Assembly (NCBI GenBank): GCA_963664225.1
Contig: OY760937.1
Coordinates: 3,360,001 to 3,424,000 of the forward strand
Length of the DNA stretch: 64,000 nucleotides
Reading direction: 5' to 3'
Origin: Verrucomicrobiia bacterium
Lineage (GTDB): Bacteria > Verrucomicrobiota > Verrucomicrobiia > Limisphaerales > UBA1319
The stretch's first letter is position 1. Each line of letters begins with the position of its first letter. Below are positions 51,449 through 61,791 of the stretch, one piece after another. Both the position numbers and the translations under genes were made by a program. The notes under the pieces were generated by a model, which had not been told where the DNA came from, made no database searches, and saw only the letters and a list, made by a program, of their open reading frames with translations.

Positions 51449-52768
51449 TTATGCCGCCGGGGCCGATCCGGTCTCTTCCTCGACTTTGGCGTGCAATTGG
51501 AGGAAGTCCAGCACCTTGGCGGTCACGACCTGCTCCTCGATGGCGCCCAAGGCGTTGCGTTCCCGCAATTTTTTCACGAACAACTCGGGGCGCATCTGGG
51601 CCTGGGAGGCCAGCGCGATGATGCGGCGCGTCATTTCCTCGTTGTTGGTGGTGATTTTCTCGATCTCGGCAATGCGCATGAGCACAAAGGCGGTTTTGAC
51701 CCGTTCCTTGGCATTCACACTGGCCACGTTGTAAATTTCATCCTTCTTCTCGTCGATCAATTCCCGGGCCACGCCGCGGGTCTGATTTTCCCGGACGATG
51801 TCATAGACGACCTTGCGGGTCTCTTCCAGCACCATGGACTCGGGCAGTTCGCAGGTCAGCTTGCTGGTCAACGCCGCAACAATCTGGTTGCGAATGCTGA
51901 CGGTCTGTTTCCGTTTGAGTTCCTCGCCCAGATCATGACGAACGCCCTCGATCAGCTTTTCGAGGTTCTCGGCGCCGTAGATTTTTGCCAGCGCGTCATC
52001 CTGCGGCGGCAGCACGGATTCCTTGACCTTCGTGGCTTCCACTTCGAAGACAGCCTTTTTGCCGGCCAGGGCGGGTTCGACAAATTCCGCCGGAAAATCA
52101 ACCGTGACGGTGCGTTTTTCACCCGCCTTCATTCCATCCAACTGCTCGGTGAAGCCGGGCAGGAAGGAATCCGTTTCCAGGCGCAGCCAGAAATCCTTGC
52201 GCTCGGAAAGCCCTTTGGCCGTGGGAGCCAGTTCGGTGAGCGGCTTGCCGTCGCTGGTGCCGGTGTAATTGACCACCAGGAAATCACCCTTGCCCGCGGC
52301 GCGATCCACATCGTTGAACGACGCGCGCTGCTCGCGCAGGACCACCAATGCCCGGTCCACATCCGCCTGCGTGACGACAACGGAGGGGGCCTTGACCGTC
52401 AGACCCTTGTATTCAGGCAGCTCGAATTCGGGCGCCAGCTCGACTGTGGCGGCGAATTGATATCCCTGCTCGCGGCTGAACTGGATTTCTTCGATATCGG
52501 GATAGCCGACCACATTAAGCTTTTCCTGCTTAAGCGCCTCGCGATAGGCGTCGGACAGAAGTTTGTTCTTGGCCTCTTTTTCAATGTCTTTGGCGAACAT
52601 CTTTGCCACCCGGTCGCGGGGGGCTTTGCCCGGCCGGAAACCCTGGATTTGGGCAAACCGCTGGACTTCCGTCGTGGCCTTGTCCAAGGCGGCAGCGACA
52701 GCGGCGGCATCAACTTCCACCCGCACCAATTTTTTACAGGGGCCCAGATTCTCAACCGTTACATTCAC
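51449..52768 (-). CDS. tig: Trigger factor
   Basis: GFRPGKAP ribosome-binding signature, FELPEYKGL, and an FKBP domain (FLPGFTEQLDGMKAGE...FP). Confidence 0.96.
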   Translation of the reverse strand: MNVTVENLGPCKKLVRVEVDAAAVAAALDKATTEVQRFAQIQGFRPGKAPRDRVAKMFAKDIEKEAKNKLLSDAYREALKQEKLNVVGYPDIEEIQFSREQGYQFAATVELAPEFELPEYKGLTVKAPSVVVTQADVDRALVVLREQRASFNDVDRAAGKGDFLVVNYTGTSDGKPLTELAPTAKGLSERKDFWLRLETDSFLPGFTEQLDGMKAGEKRTVTVDFPAEFVEPALAGKKAVFEVEATKVKESVLPPQDDALAKIYGAENLEKLIEGVRHDLGEELKRKQTVSIRNQIVAALTSKLTCELPESMVLEETRKVVYDIVRENQTRGVARELIDEKKDEIYNVASVNAKERVKTAFVLMRIAEIEKITTNNEEMTRRIIALASQAQMRPELFVKKLRERNALGAIEEQVVTAKVLDFLQLHAKVEEETGSAPAA

Positions 52769-53041
52769 TTTTATCCTTTCAAATCATCCTGCCGGATACA
52801 CTCTTGAGTCGCGCGCCGGTTCGCGACGCTCCATTTCGAGTTGGTTAGCCTAGAAAACGAGGGGGCCAGCGTCAAGCGCGCTCTGAACGCGTTTTTTTGC
52901 GCCCTATTATCCGGCCTTTAAAGTTGCCATGATGATTGGGTTGGTATAAAAACAACTTATGTCAAAAGCGATTGACAGGCGAACGGAATGGAGCCCTTTC
53001 CATGCCGGAGGAAAAGTCTCCTGCCGCAAACATGGAATCCA

Positions 53042-53746
53042 ATGAACCACGAGGCGTTTTACAAGGTTAGCTACGGGCTTTACGTCGTCAGTTCCGCCAG
53101 TGGTGGCCAACTCAACGGCTATATTGCAAACACCGCTTTTCAAGTCACTGCGAAACCCGCCCGGTTTGCCGTCGCCTGCAACAAGGACAACCACACTTGC
53201 GGACTGATCGGTCAGAGCCAGGTCTTTGCGCTTTCGATTCTCGCCCAGGACACCAAGGCGGAATTGATCGGCCTTTTCGGTTACCAATCAGGCCGGACGG
53301 TCGATAAATTCGCCGCAGTGCGTCATCGAACAGGCCAGACCGGCGCGCCAATTCTCCTGGAGGATGCGCTCGCATGGTTTGAATGCAAAGTGGTGCAGAC
53401 CATTGATGTCGGCACACACCTGCTCTTCGTGGGGGAAGTGGTGGATGGCGATGTAACCGATAACCCCCAGCCGCCCCTTACGTACGCTTATTACCGGGAT
53501 GTCAAGAAAGGCAGGGCGCCGAAAAACGCCCCCACCTACCTTGAACCCGCCAAACCTGAACCGGTCGCCAAGACCGATTCGAAGCCCGACAAATACGTCT
53601 GTGCCGCCTGCGGCCATGTTTACGATCCGGCCGAAGGTGACCCGGACGCCGGCATTCCGGCTGGCACACGGTTTGAAGATTTGCCGGAAAACTGGGTCTG
53701 CCCGGTTTGCGGCGCCGCCAAAACCGATTTCACAAAACAATCTTAA
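53042..53746 (+). CDS. Flavin reductase-rubredoxin fusion (high-molecular-weight rubredoxin)
   Basis: [13 protein letters not shown]...NTAFQVT...[10 protein letters not shown]...PLTYAYY, then [12 protein letters not shown]...[14 protein letters not shown]. Confidence 0.92.
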   Translation: MNHEAFYKVSYGLYVVSSASGGQLNGYIANTAFQVTAKPARFAVACNKDNHTCGLIGQSQVFALSILAQDTKAELIGLFGYQSGRTVDKFAAVRHRTGQTGAPILLEDALAWFECKVVQTIDVGTHLLFVGEVVDGDVTDNPQPPLTYAYYRDVKKGRAPKNAPTYLEPAKPEPVAKTDSKPDKYVCAACGHVYDPAEGDPDAGIPAGTRFEDLPENWVCPVCGAAKTDFTKQS

Positions 53747-53776
53747 TACTCACACTTAACCTCAATTATCGAACTT

Positions 53777-54355
53777 ATGGAAAAAAGTCTCAAAGGAACA
53801 CGCACGGAACAAAACCTCTTGAAATCATTTGCGGGGGAATCGCAGGCGAGAAATCGTTACGAGTTTTTCGCGAGTGTGGCGAAGAAGGAAGGCTACGAGC
53901 AGATTGCCGCCATTTTCCAAAAAACCGCCGATCAGGAAAAGGAACATGCGAAACGTTTTTTCAAATTCCTGGAAGGCGGCGAGTTGGAGATCACGGCCGG
54001 TTATCCTGCGGGCAGGATTGGCACGACCGCCGAAAACCTGAAAGCGGCCGCAGGCGGCGAAAACGAGGAATGGACGAAGCTCTACGCGGAGGCCTCAGAA
54101 GTTGCCAGGGCTGAAGGTTTTATTGAGGTGTCGGTTGCGTTCAAATTGATTGCCAAAGTGGAGGCCGAGCACGAAAAACGGTATTTGAAGATCCTGAAGA
54201 ATCTCGAAGCGAAGCAGGTTTTCTCCAGGGAAACCAAGGTTAAGTGGCAATGCCGTAATTGCGGCTATGTGCATGAAGGCACGAATGCACCCGACAAATG
54301 CCCCGCCTGCCAGCATCCCCAGGCTTATTTTGAACAGATGGAGGAAAACTACTGA
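53777..54355 (+). CDS. rbr: Rubrerythrin
   Basis: LKGTRTEQNLLKSFAGESQARNRY, EKEHA, EAEHEKRY, WQCRNCGY...CPAC.HP. Confidence 0.96.
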   Translation: MEKSLKGTRTEQNLLKSFAGESQARNRYEFFASVAKKEGYEQIAAIFQKTADQEKEHAKRFFKFLEGGELEITAGYPAGRIGTTAENLKAAAGGENEEWTKLYAEASEVARAEGFIEVSVAFKLIAKVEAEHEKRYLKILKNLEAKQVFSRETKVKWQCRNCGYVHEGTNAPDKCPACQHPQAYFEQMEENY

Positions 54356-54479
54356 GCGGCCTTTCACCGGCAGATTGGATTCACGGATGCGGATTGCTTT
54401 CAGATGGTTTTCGAAATGGCGTTATTAGGTGGCAGAAAAGCATCCATCGCCGTATGATAACGATCATTACACGCATGCC

Positions 54480-55283
54480 ATGAATACACGAATTCTGCTG
54501 GTCATCGGATTGTTGACGCTCCCTTTGCTGTCCGCAGCCGCACAGTCGCTGCAGGACCATCCACAGATCAATGTCTCCGGATCCGCAGAAGTGAAAGTCA
54601 CGCCGGATGAAGTGGACATAAACGCGGGCGTGGAAACCCGTCATGAGCGTTTGGATGAGGCCAAGCGGCAAAACGATCAACGGGTTTCCAAGGCACTGGA
54701 GTTCCTCAAGAAAAATGGCGTGAAGGACAAGGACATTCAGACGGATTACATCAACATTGAGCCGGTTTACGATCCGAACGCGGGCGTTGATCCGCGAACC
54801 GGCCTGCCCATACCTGGATTCGACAGGCAAAAATCATTGGTCGAACCCACCTATTATCTGGTGCGCAAGAATATTGGCGTCAAGCTGACCGACATCAGCC
54901 ATTTCGACATGGTGTTAAGCGGCCTGATCGATAATGGGGTGAATCACGTTCACCATATCGACTTTCGGACCACTGAATTGCGCAAACACAAGGACAAAGC
55001 CAGGGCGATGGCCATTCAGGCTGCAAAGGAGAAAGCAGACGCCATGGCCTCGGAGCTTGGCGTAAAGGTGGGAAAACCTTTTAGCATCAACGTCAATGAT
55101 TGGAGCGGGTGGACCGGCTGGTCACCGCAAAACGCCTGGGGATTCGGAGGAGGAGGTGGTGCAAACGCCATGCAGAATGCCTCCCAATCTTACGGTGGCG
55201 GCGCAGGAGAAGCCGGCGCCACTTTCTCAGTGGGACAGATCAGTGTTTCGGCGAATGTGAATGTGTCCTTTCTAATTCAGTAA
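54480..55283 (+). CDS. SIMPL (DUF541) domain secreted protein
   Basis: Signal peptide, INVSGSAEVKVTPD, KDIQT, A...A.EKA.AMA..LG...G, GQISVSANVNVSF. Confidence 0.9.
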   Translation: MNTRILLVIGLLTLPLLSAAAQSLQDHPQINVSGSAEVKVTPDEVDINAGVETRHERLDEAKRQNDQRVSKALEFLKKNGVKDKDIQTDYINIEPVYDPNAGVDPRTGLPIPGFDRQKSLVEPTYYLVRKNIGVKLTDISHFDMVLSGLIDNGVNHVHHIDFRTTELRKHKDKARAMAIQAAKEKADAMASELGVKVGKPFSINVNDWSGWTGWSPQNAWGFGGGGGANAMQNASQSYGGGAGEAGATFSVGQISVSANVNVSFLIQ

Positions 55284-55317
55284 TGACGGGTCTTTAATGG
55301 TGAAAGGACCCACATCA

Positions 55318-55509
55318 ATGCTGAAGTCGTATCTCCTGAAGTTTCTCGTATGGGCCTTGGTCGCAGCGTGCCTTGCACGGTCGATCTATGACTGGGTCTT
55401 TGTGGATAACGGTGTGCAATACTTCACCGGAGACCGTTCGCATATTCTATTGTTATTGGCCAGCGCCTGCGGGGGAGTAATCAACGTTCGATCATGCACC
55501 ACGGCATGA
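55318..55509 (+). pseudogene. Probable truncated membrane-protein gene fragment
   Basis: A plausible N-terminal TM helix (LLKFLVWALVAACLA) and the start of a second one; the ORF then degrades and runs into the next start. Confidence 0.35.
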
Positions 55510-55787
55510 CTTTTAAAAATGTCACTAAGGGGCGGGTAGGTGAAGGCAGCCCCTATTGTTGTCCATGCTGCGGTTGTCGGACGTTGGATCAGCGAGGAAG
55601 CTTTGAGATTTGCCCGGTTTGTTTTTGGGAGGACGACGGGCAGGATGACCACGATGCCGATGCTGTGCGCGGCGGCCCTAATTCTGACCTCAGCCTGACT
55701 CAGGCACGGAAGAATTACAGAGAATTTGGCGCTTGTGATCGCAAATCACTGGAACACGTCCGCAAGCCGACTTCAGGAGAACTTTGA
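55506..55787 (+). CDS. Cysteine-rich CPCC domain protein
   Basis: CPCCGCRTL...FEICPVCFWEDDG...GGPN..LSL.QAR.NY. Confidence 0.9.
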   Translation: MTFKNVTKGRVGEGSPYCCPCCGCRTLDQRGSFEICPVCFWEDDGQDDHDADAVRGGPNSDLSLTQARKNYREFGACDRKSLEHVRKPTSGEL

Positions 55788-55877
55788 GTCACTGTTGTGC
55801 GGATAAAGGATCATGAGAGAGTCCGAATACAACCCGCTTAACAATAACGGGTGACAGTGGCCGCTGAGCCAAAGCAT

Positions 55878-56258
55878 ATGCTTAAAGACGAAGAGGTGAT
55901 TCTGGGGATGGAACGCGCGGCGCTCGACCGGTGGGGCAATGGCGATCCATCGGGATTTCTGGAGATTTGCGCGCCTGATGTGGTTTATTTCGATAACACC
56001 CTGGAGCGGCGTCTGGACGGGCTCGACGCGTTGACTGCCCACTATGGTCCGGTGCGAGGGAAGGTTTTCCTGGAACGTTACGAATTGCTCAATCCCAAGG
56101 TGCAGTTGTGCGGTGACGCCGCCGTGCTCACCTTTAATTTCGTCGGTTACGCCCAGGGCGGATCGAGCCGTTGGAACTGTACGGAAGTGTATCGACGGGC
56201 AGAGGGGGAATGGCGCATTATTCAAACCCACTGGTCTGTCATGCAACATGCACTATGA
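55878..56258 (+). CDS. NTF2/SnoaL-like (DUF4440) protein
   Basis: ERAALDRWGNGD...APDVVYFD...GDAAVLTF...WNCTEVYRR...WRIIQTHWS. The start may be GTG 55851. Confidence 0.85.
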   Translation: MLKDEEVILGMERAALDRWGNGDPSGFLEICAPDVVYFDNTLERRLDGLDALTAHYGPVRGKVFLERYELLNPKVQLCGDAAVLTFNFVGYAQGGSSRWNCTEVYRRAEGEWRIIQTHWSVMQHAL

Positions 56259-56309
56259 AGCCGCGCGAATGAGCCGAACCCCCAGGTTTTGGTCCATTTA
56301 GTAAAAACC

Positions 56310-56672
56310 ATGCCCACACCAATTTATCTTATCTTCGCCGCTCCTGCAGCCGCCTGGCTCATGGGCGTCATTGCATGCCTGTTCGCATTGCGTTGGAGCA
56401 TCGCTGCGGTGCCACGGCGATTTTGGGCTGCAATCGTCGTCTCCGCCATGGCCATTGTCATCGGCTATGTCGGCCTCACGCGGTACAAATTGAGCTATTC
56501 CAAAAACTCCTCTGACGGTACGCATTGGAGCATCAACTCCAAATGGTTTTTCATTTCGCTGATCATTCTCGGCGCAGTTACGCTCGGACTCGCGCTTTGG
56601 AGGCGGTCACGTCCCCGCCAGATACCACCCATTCAAATAGATAATCCTACGGCTCGTACACGAGCACTTTGA
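56310..56672 (+). CDS. Small membrane hypothetical protein
   Basis: Three hydrophobic helices. The 3' end overlaps the convergent gene by 26 nt. Confidence 0.6.
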   Translation: MPTPIYLIFAAPAAAWLMGVIACLFALRWSIAAVPRRFWAAIVVSAMAIVIGYVGLTRYKLSYSKNSSDGTHWSINSKWFFISLIILGAVTLGLALWRRSRPRQIPPIQIDNPTARTRAL

Positions 56673-57699
56673 AACTGCCGACAACCGCCTTCGGACGTTG
56701 GCGCGGCCCCCCGGCGGCTTGTTCAGGCGCTGGTTCAAACTTCGCGGAGGAGAGATAAATCCGGTGCGTTTTTGGGTCGAGCGTCATGGTCCGCGCCCCG
56801 CGTTCGGTCGTCAATGTCTGCACGACCTTCAATTCGTCGGGCGTGGCCGCCTCGGCAATGGTCACATTGCCTTCGCCATTGGAGCTGAATGCCAGCTTCG
56901 TTTCGGGATCGAACGCGGTGGCATCGGCGCCGTCCCCGATGGGAACCGTGGTGACTACCTTGCCATTCGTGTTGTCCATCATCACCATGAATTTATTGCC
57001 GCACACGATGAACAGCCGCTGATTGGGCACGTCGATCGCCATGCCGGAGGCCTCTTCGCCCGGCGCAATGGGCCAGGTGTTCACGACCTGGTGCGTCTTT
57101 GTGTCGATGACCGCAACCTCGTTCTTGTCCTCGATGTTCACATAGACCCGTCCGGCCTTCGTGTCGGTCGTGGAGAATTCCGGTTTGCCGCTCAAGGGAA
57201 TCGTCGCCACCACTTTGCCCGTGGCCGCCTCAAACACTGTCGCGGACTTGCCGCGCCCGTTGAACGTGTAAACCTCCTGTTGTCCCGGCTCGTAGAGAAT
57301 CGCGTCCGGATTCGCGCCAGTGGATACTTTGGAGAGGGTCTTCAAGGTCTTCAGATCCACGATGCTTGCCTTCGACTCCTGGCCGTTGCTGGCAAACCCG
57401 CGCTGAAGTTCGGGCGCGATGGCAAAACCGTGAACGCCCGGAGTGTCGGTGACTTCGCCCACGACTTCGTTTTTGTCCAGATCGATGACGACCACCTTCG
57501 TCGCATGTGATACATACAGGCGGCGTGCCGCGGCATCGACTGAGAGATAGTCCCATCCCCCGTCAGCGCCGACGGGGATTTCCTTGAACAAATGATATTT
57601 CACTTCTGCGGCACCAGCCGGAATGGCCGCAAGTAGGAGAGTGCCCAGGGTGATAACGCCGAGCAGAGGGCGAAAATTCCGTTGGATTAAAGTAGTCAT
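56647..57699 (-). CDS. YncE/YVTN-like beta-propeller secreted protein
   Basis: Signal peptide, GGWDYLSVD...RLYVSH...GVHGFAIA...GFASNG, repeated V..IP.G motifs, GARTMTLD. Confidence 0.88.
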   Translation of the reverse strand: MTTLIQRNFRPLLGVITLGTLLLAAIPAGAAEVKYHLFKEIPVGADGGWDYLSVDAAARRLYVSHATKVVVIDLDKNEVVGEVTDTPGVHGFAIAPELQRGFASNGQESKASIVDLKTLKTLSKVSTGANPDAILYEPGQQEVYTFNGRGKSATVFEAATGKVVATIPLSGKPEFSTTDTKAGRVYVNIEDKNEVAVIDTKTHQVVNTWPIAPGEEASGMAIDVPNQRLFIVCGNKFMVMMDNTNGKVVTTVPIGDGADATAFDPETKLAFSSNGEGNVTIAEAATPDELKVVQTLTTERGARTMTLDPKTHRIYLSSAKFEPAPEQAAGGPRQRPKAVVGSFKVLVYEP

Positions 57700-57905
57700 G
57701 TTTGGACGGTATGCCTCCGCGAGGATTTTGCAACTGCATCAAAACTTCCGAATGGCGATGGCGAAGGAGCGTGGCGGTCAGGAACGGCGGGCTGATTCAA
57801 TTACATTGCGGCACTCACCAGAGTGGCCGTTGCGGATGGGAGGATTCACTGCACCTACTCCGACGCTCATGCCATTGACTCATGCGAAATCGTGGACAGG
57901 CCCAC

Positions 57906-59432
57906 TCACGCCGGTCCCGCCTTCTCAATAGCCTCAACCAGGGATTCCATGTTGGCGGTCGGGGCGGCGATATCCACTTTTACGCCCAGGTCGTTGACCA
58001 GCCCGGCGGTTTTGGGGCCGATGGTGGCGATGCGCAGACGCGGGAATTTCCTCCGCAGCTCATGGAGGTTGAATCGTTGGTGGAAGTAATCCAGGTCGAA
58101 GTAGCCCGCAAAGGTCAGCCAGTCGGCGCCCGTATTGGCGAAGCTCGCCGCATCGCCGCGCGGATCCTCGTCATCCACCACGCATTCGTGCACCGGCAGG
58201 TCATCGACAATGGCGCCTGCCTCCCGGAGGCAATCAGGGATGTCCGGCACGACAACAAGTGGCCGCGCCAGCAGGATGCGCCGGCCGTTGGCTCCACCAA
58301 ATGGTGCGAGCACCTCGAGAATCGGCGGGCCTTGATGTTCCGAGGGAATGGCGTCCACGCGCAGTTTCAACTTCTCCAGCTCGATGGCGGTCAGGGGACC
58401 AAACGCGCAGAGGCGCGCATGGCCCAGGTCGCGCCAGTCGCGATTGTATTGGAAGAATTGTTTAAAGAAAAACGCCACGCTCACCTGGTTGCTGAACATG
58501 ATCCAGTCATAGGTATCAAGGCGCGACATGGTTTCGCGAACCCGCTCCGAATCCGGTGGCAGTTTGCATTTCATGCCCGGAATCTCCAGAACCTCTGCGC
58601 CGCGTTCCCGAAGCAGGCCGCAGAGTTCGGGTGACAGTTCGCGCGACAACGTGACCACGATGCGCTGACCCATCAATGTGCGGTGTCCGAACCAGTCGAG
58701 CTTGGACCGGAGTTTGACCACGTCACCAATGATGGTAACCACGGGCGGGCAGAGTTTGGCCTCGGCCGCCTGGGCGGCGATGGTTTCGAGAGTGCCTTCG
58801 ATCACCTCCTGGCGGCTGGTGGTGGCCCAGCGGATCAATGCCGCCGGGGTGTTTCCTGGGCGACCATTGGCCTGGAGCAGGCCGGTGATGCGTTCGAGTT
58901 GCTTGAGCCCCATGAGAACGACGAGGGTGCCGGTCAGGCCGCCCAATGCCTCCCAATTCAGACGGGACTCGATGCGCGCCGGGTCTTCGTGTCCGGTGAT
59001 CACGGTGTAGCTTGAGCAAAAATCGCGATGGGTGAGGGGAATCCCGGCGTAATTTGGACCGGCCTCCACGGAGGAGACGCCGGGAATCACTTCAAAGGGA
59101 ATGCCCGCCTCCACCAGACGCATGGCCTCTTCGCCGCCCCGGGCGAATACGTAAGGATCGCCCGCTTTGAGCCGGACCACGCATTTGCCTTCGCAAGCCT
59201 TGGCGATCAGCGTGGCGTTGAGTTCCTCCTGGGAAACCGCACGGGTTCGGTCGTGTTTACCACCGTAAATGATCTCCGCGCCCGGCGCGGCCCATTGAAG
59301 CAGGGCGGGATTGACCAGGCCGTCGTAGAGAACCACCTGGGCACGCCGCAGCACCTCGGCCCCGCGCAGCGTGAGCAACCCCGTGTCCCCCGGACCGGCC
59401 CCGACCAAATAAACCATTCCCGTATGCTTCAT
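57906..59432 (-). CDS. cobA: Uroporphyrinogen-III C-methyltransferase / uroporphyrinogen-III synthase fusion (CobA-HemD)
   Basis: VYLVGAGPGD..LLTLRG, VVRLKAGDPYVFARGGEE, AGIPLTHRD, followed by a HemD half (YDWIMFS, IGPKTA). Confidence 0.93.
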   Translation of the reverse strand: MKHTGMVYLVGAGPGDTGLLTLRGAEVLRRAQVVLYDGLVNPALLQWAAPGAEIIYGGKHDRTRAVSQEELNATLIAKACEGKCVVRLKAGDPYVFARGGEEAMRLVEAGIPFEVIPGVSSVEAGPNYAGIPLTHRDFCSSYTVITGHEDPARIESRLNWEALGGLTGTLVVLMGLKQLERITGLLQANGRPGNTPAALIRWATTSRQEVIEGTLETIAAQAAEAKLCPPVVTIIGDVVKLRSKLDWFGHRTLMGQRIVVTLSRELSPELCGLLRERGAEVLEIPGMKCKLPPDSERVRETMSRLDTYDWIMFSNQVSVAFFFKQFFQYNRDWRDLGHARLCAFGPLTAIELEKLKLRVDAIPSEHQGPPILEVLAPFGGANGRRILLARPLVVVPDIPDCLREAGAIVDDLPVHECVVDDEDPRGDAASFANTGADWLTFAGYFDLDYFHQRFNLHELRRKFPRLRIATIGPKTAGLVNDLGVKVDIAAPTANMESLVEAIEKAGPA

Positions 59433-59514
59433 GCAATCTCACTGTAGTCTGGCAATGGGGAAATCTCCACTGGAACCGTATCGGGTCCAAGCACCAGCCG
59501 CAGCAGGGTGGTTT

Positions 59515-60285
59515 TCACATTGGGGCAAGAATGACTTCGATGCCTTTTCCGCGCAACGCGGCCACCAGGTCCGCTGGGGCATTGTTATCGGTAACGATTA
59601 CTTGAATAGGGGTTAAATCGCTCAAAAACGATACGGATTGGCGTCCAAACTTGGTGTGATCGATGCACAGAATCACGCGCCGTGCGGCATGAATCATCGC
59701 TTTCTGTATCTCAATCAGAAGTCCGTGGGAATTGGTCACCCCTTCTGCAGTAATGCCGCCGGCGCTCATAATCGCGACGTCCGCGTGCATTTTGGAGAAG
59801 GCTTCCACCGCCAACGGACCCACCAATACCCCGAGTCGGGGATAGATCACGCCACCGGAGAGAATGATCTCCACCTGGTTGGCCGAGGCGTAGAGATTGG
59901 CCACGGGCAGGGAGTTGGTGATGATTTGTGGCTTTTTGGATTCGAGGTAGCGGGCCACATGATAGACCGTGGTGCCCGCGTCGATAATGACGCTTTGGTT
60001 GGGCGCGATTAACTCCGCGCAGGCGCGGCCAATGGCCTCCTTCTCCGATAATTGATGTGTGTCGCGCGCGGCGAAGGCAAATTCGTCCGAGTGCGGCGCC
60101 ACGATGCGGGCACCACCGTGGGTGCGTCGGGCCTGGCCGCTGGCTTCGAGCACGGCGAGGTCGCGGCGAATGGTGGATGGCGAGGCATCGACCACCGTGG
60201 CCAACTCATCCAGCGAGGCAAATTCGACTTTTTGGAGAAATTCCCCAATCCTCAATTGACGTTCTTCGGCCTGCATGATGCTCAT
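59515..60285 (-). CDS. DeoR/GlpR-family transcriptional regulator
   Basis: S.STIRRDL HTH, RTHGGA, IDAGTT, ITNSL, DHTKFG. Divergent from the BMC operon. Confidence 0.95.
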   Translation of the reverse strand: MSIMQAEERQLRIGEFLQKVEFASLDELATVVDASPSTIRRDLAVLEASGQARRTHGGARIVAPHSDEFAFAARDTHQLSEKEAIGRACAELIAPNQSVIIDAGTTVYHVARYLESKKPQIITNSLPVANLYASANQVEIILSGGVIYPRLGVLVGPLAVEAFSKMHADVAIMSAGGITAEGVTNSHGLLIEIQKAMIHAARRVILCIDHTKFGRQSVSFLSDLTPIQVIVTDNNAPADLVAALRGKGIEVILAPM

Positions 60286-60341
60286 ATTTGGAAGATATTG
60301 AAAATATTTGCAAGATTAGTTTGACAATATTTCAAAATATT
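60284..60341. promoter_or_regulatory. Divergent promoter region with phased ATATT repeats (candidate DeoR operators)
   Basis: ATATTTG(G/C)AAGAT repeated at 60284 and 60304; ATATT also at 60295, 60327 and 60337; TTGACA at 60321. Confidence 0.55.
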
Positions 60342-60369
60342 GGCCAAATGGAGCTCAACAAAGCAAAAT

Positions 60370-61047
60370 ATGGCGTCCACTCAAGCAATGCCGCAGAGGG
60401 CTGTGATCGAGCACATGGTGCGTCAGGTCGTTTATGAGCGTCTGAATAAACCGCTCCCGCGCACCGCAGCCGCCCCCAATGCCCTGGTGGTGAATGTCAG
60501 CGCGCGTCATTGCCATTTGACCCCGCAGGCGGTGGAGGCGCTGTTTGGCAAGGGCCACACGCTCACTCCCCACAAGATGCTCTATCAGGATGGGCAATTC
60601 GCGGCGAAGGAAACCATCACATTGATCGGGCCTCGGAGCCGGGTCATCTCCAATTTACGCATATTAGGTCCCTGTCGCACCCTTAATCAGGTGGAATTGG
60701 CCTACACGGATGCGATTGCGCTTGGGTTTGAGATTCCGTTGCGCATTTCAGGCGACATTGCCGGAACCCCGGGGTGTATGTTGATGGGGCCGGAAGGCTT
60801 TTTCGAGATGGAGACGGGCGTCATTCGCGCCATGCGCCATGTTCACATGAACTCGCAGGACGCGGCGTTTTACGGTGTGAAAAAAGGGGAGGCGATGCGG
60901 CTCAAGATCGGCGGCCCCTGCGGTATAACGCTGGAGGAGATGCTGGTGCGCGTGGATGAAAGCTTCAAGCTCGAGGTCCATATTGACACGGATGAAGGCA
61001 ACGCGTGCAACCTTCGCCCCGAGACGCCGTGCGAACTGGTGAAGTAA
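60370..61047 (+). CDS. pduL: Phosphate propanoyltransferase (BMC phosphotransacylase)
   Basis: VSARHCHLT, GQFAAKET, RILGP.R...QVEL, GVIRAMRHVHM, EVHIDTDEGNA, with an N-terminal amphipathic encapsulation helix. Confidence 0.95.
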   Translation: MASTQAMPQRAVIEHMVRQVVYERLNKPLPRTAAAPNALVVNVSARHCHLTPQAVEALFGKGHTLTPHKMLYQDGQFAAKETITLIGPRSRVISNLRILGPCRTLNQVELAYTDAIALGFEIPLRISGDIAGTPGCMLMGPEGFFEMETGVIRAMRHVHMNSQDAAFYGVKKGEAMRLKIGGPCGITLEEMLVRVDESFKLEVHIDTDEGNACNLRPETPCELVK

Positions 61048-61102
61048 AGAATTTTCAGGTCCTGGACAAATAACCATTTAATACAAAACGAAGGAACAAA
61101 TC

Positions 61103-61390
61103 ATGAGCGATGCAATCGGAATGATCGAAACCAAGGGCTACATCGGTAGCGTGGAGGCCAGCGATGCGATGGTCAAAGCGGCCAATGTGAGCCTGGTCAA
61201 AACCATCCCCATCGGCGGCGGTATGATCACCGTGCTGGTCAAGGGCGATGTGGGCAGTGTGAAGGCGGCCGTGGAAGCGGGCGCGAAGGCGGCGGGCAAG
61301 GTGGGTGAGGTGATCAGCTCCCACATCATTGCGCGGCCCAACGAAGAGCTGCTCAGGGTTTTCATGGATGCCCCCAAGGCGGGCAAATAA
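61103..61390 (+). CDS. BMC shell hexamer protein (BMC-H)
   Basis: AIGMIETKG...EASDAMVKAANV...GDVGSVKAAVEAG...HIIARP. Confidence 0.96.
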   Translation: MSDAIGMIETKGYIGSVEASDAMVKAANVSLVKTIPIGGGMITVLVKGDVGSVKAAVEAGAKAAGKVGEVISSHIIARPNEELLRVFMDAPKAGK

Positions 61391-61470
61391 TAAAGGCTCC
61401 GCCAGTGGACGCCCGGGGTGTCCGCGGTGGGGAACACAAACAAACGATTTAAAAGAACGGAACCAATTTT

Positions 61471-61752
61471 ATGGCACAACAAGCAATCGGAATGATCGAA
61501 ACCAAGGGTCTGTGCGCTTTGATCGAAGCGTCGGATGCGGCCTTGAAATCAGCGAATGTCACCTTCTCAGGCTGGGAAAAAGTGGGCAGCGGCTATGTGA
61601 CCGCGTTTTTCCGCGGCGACGTCGCGGCGGTCAAGGCGGCCACGGACGCGGGTGCGGCGGCGGCCTCCCAGGTGGGCCAGGTGATCAGCGTGCAGGTGAT
61701 TCCCCGCCCCCATGACGACCTCATGGGCCTGGGCAAGTGGCTCCAGAGCTAA
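61471..61752 (+). CDS. BMC shell hexamer protein (BMC-H)
   Basis: AIGMIETKG...LKSANV...[14 protein letters not shown]...VIPRPH. Confidence 0.96.
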   Translation: MAQQAIGMIETKGLCALIEASDAALKSANVTFSGWEKVGSGYVTAFFRGDVAAVKAATDAGAAAASQVGQVISVQVIPRPHDDLMGLGKWLQS

Positions 61753-61791
61753 TCGCTGGATGTCCGTTTTGGGACTGGACGCATTTGCGGC

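Noticed and set aside
57906..59432. cobA-hemD as a B12-supply gene for the adjacent microcompartment
   Set aside because: No B12-dependent enzyme or other cob/cbi genes are visible, and PVM-type loci are not known to need cobalamin. The adjacency is probably incidental.
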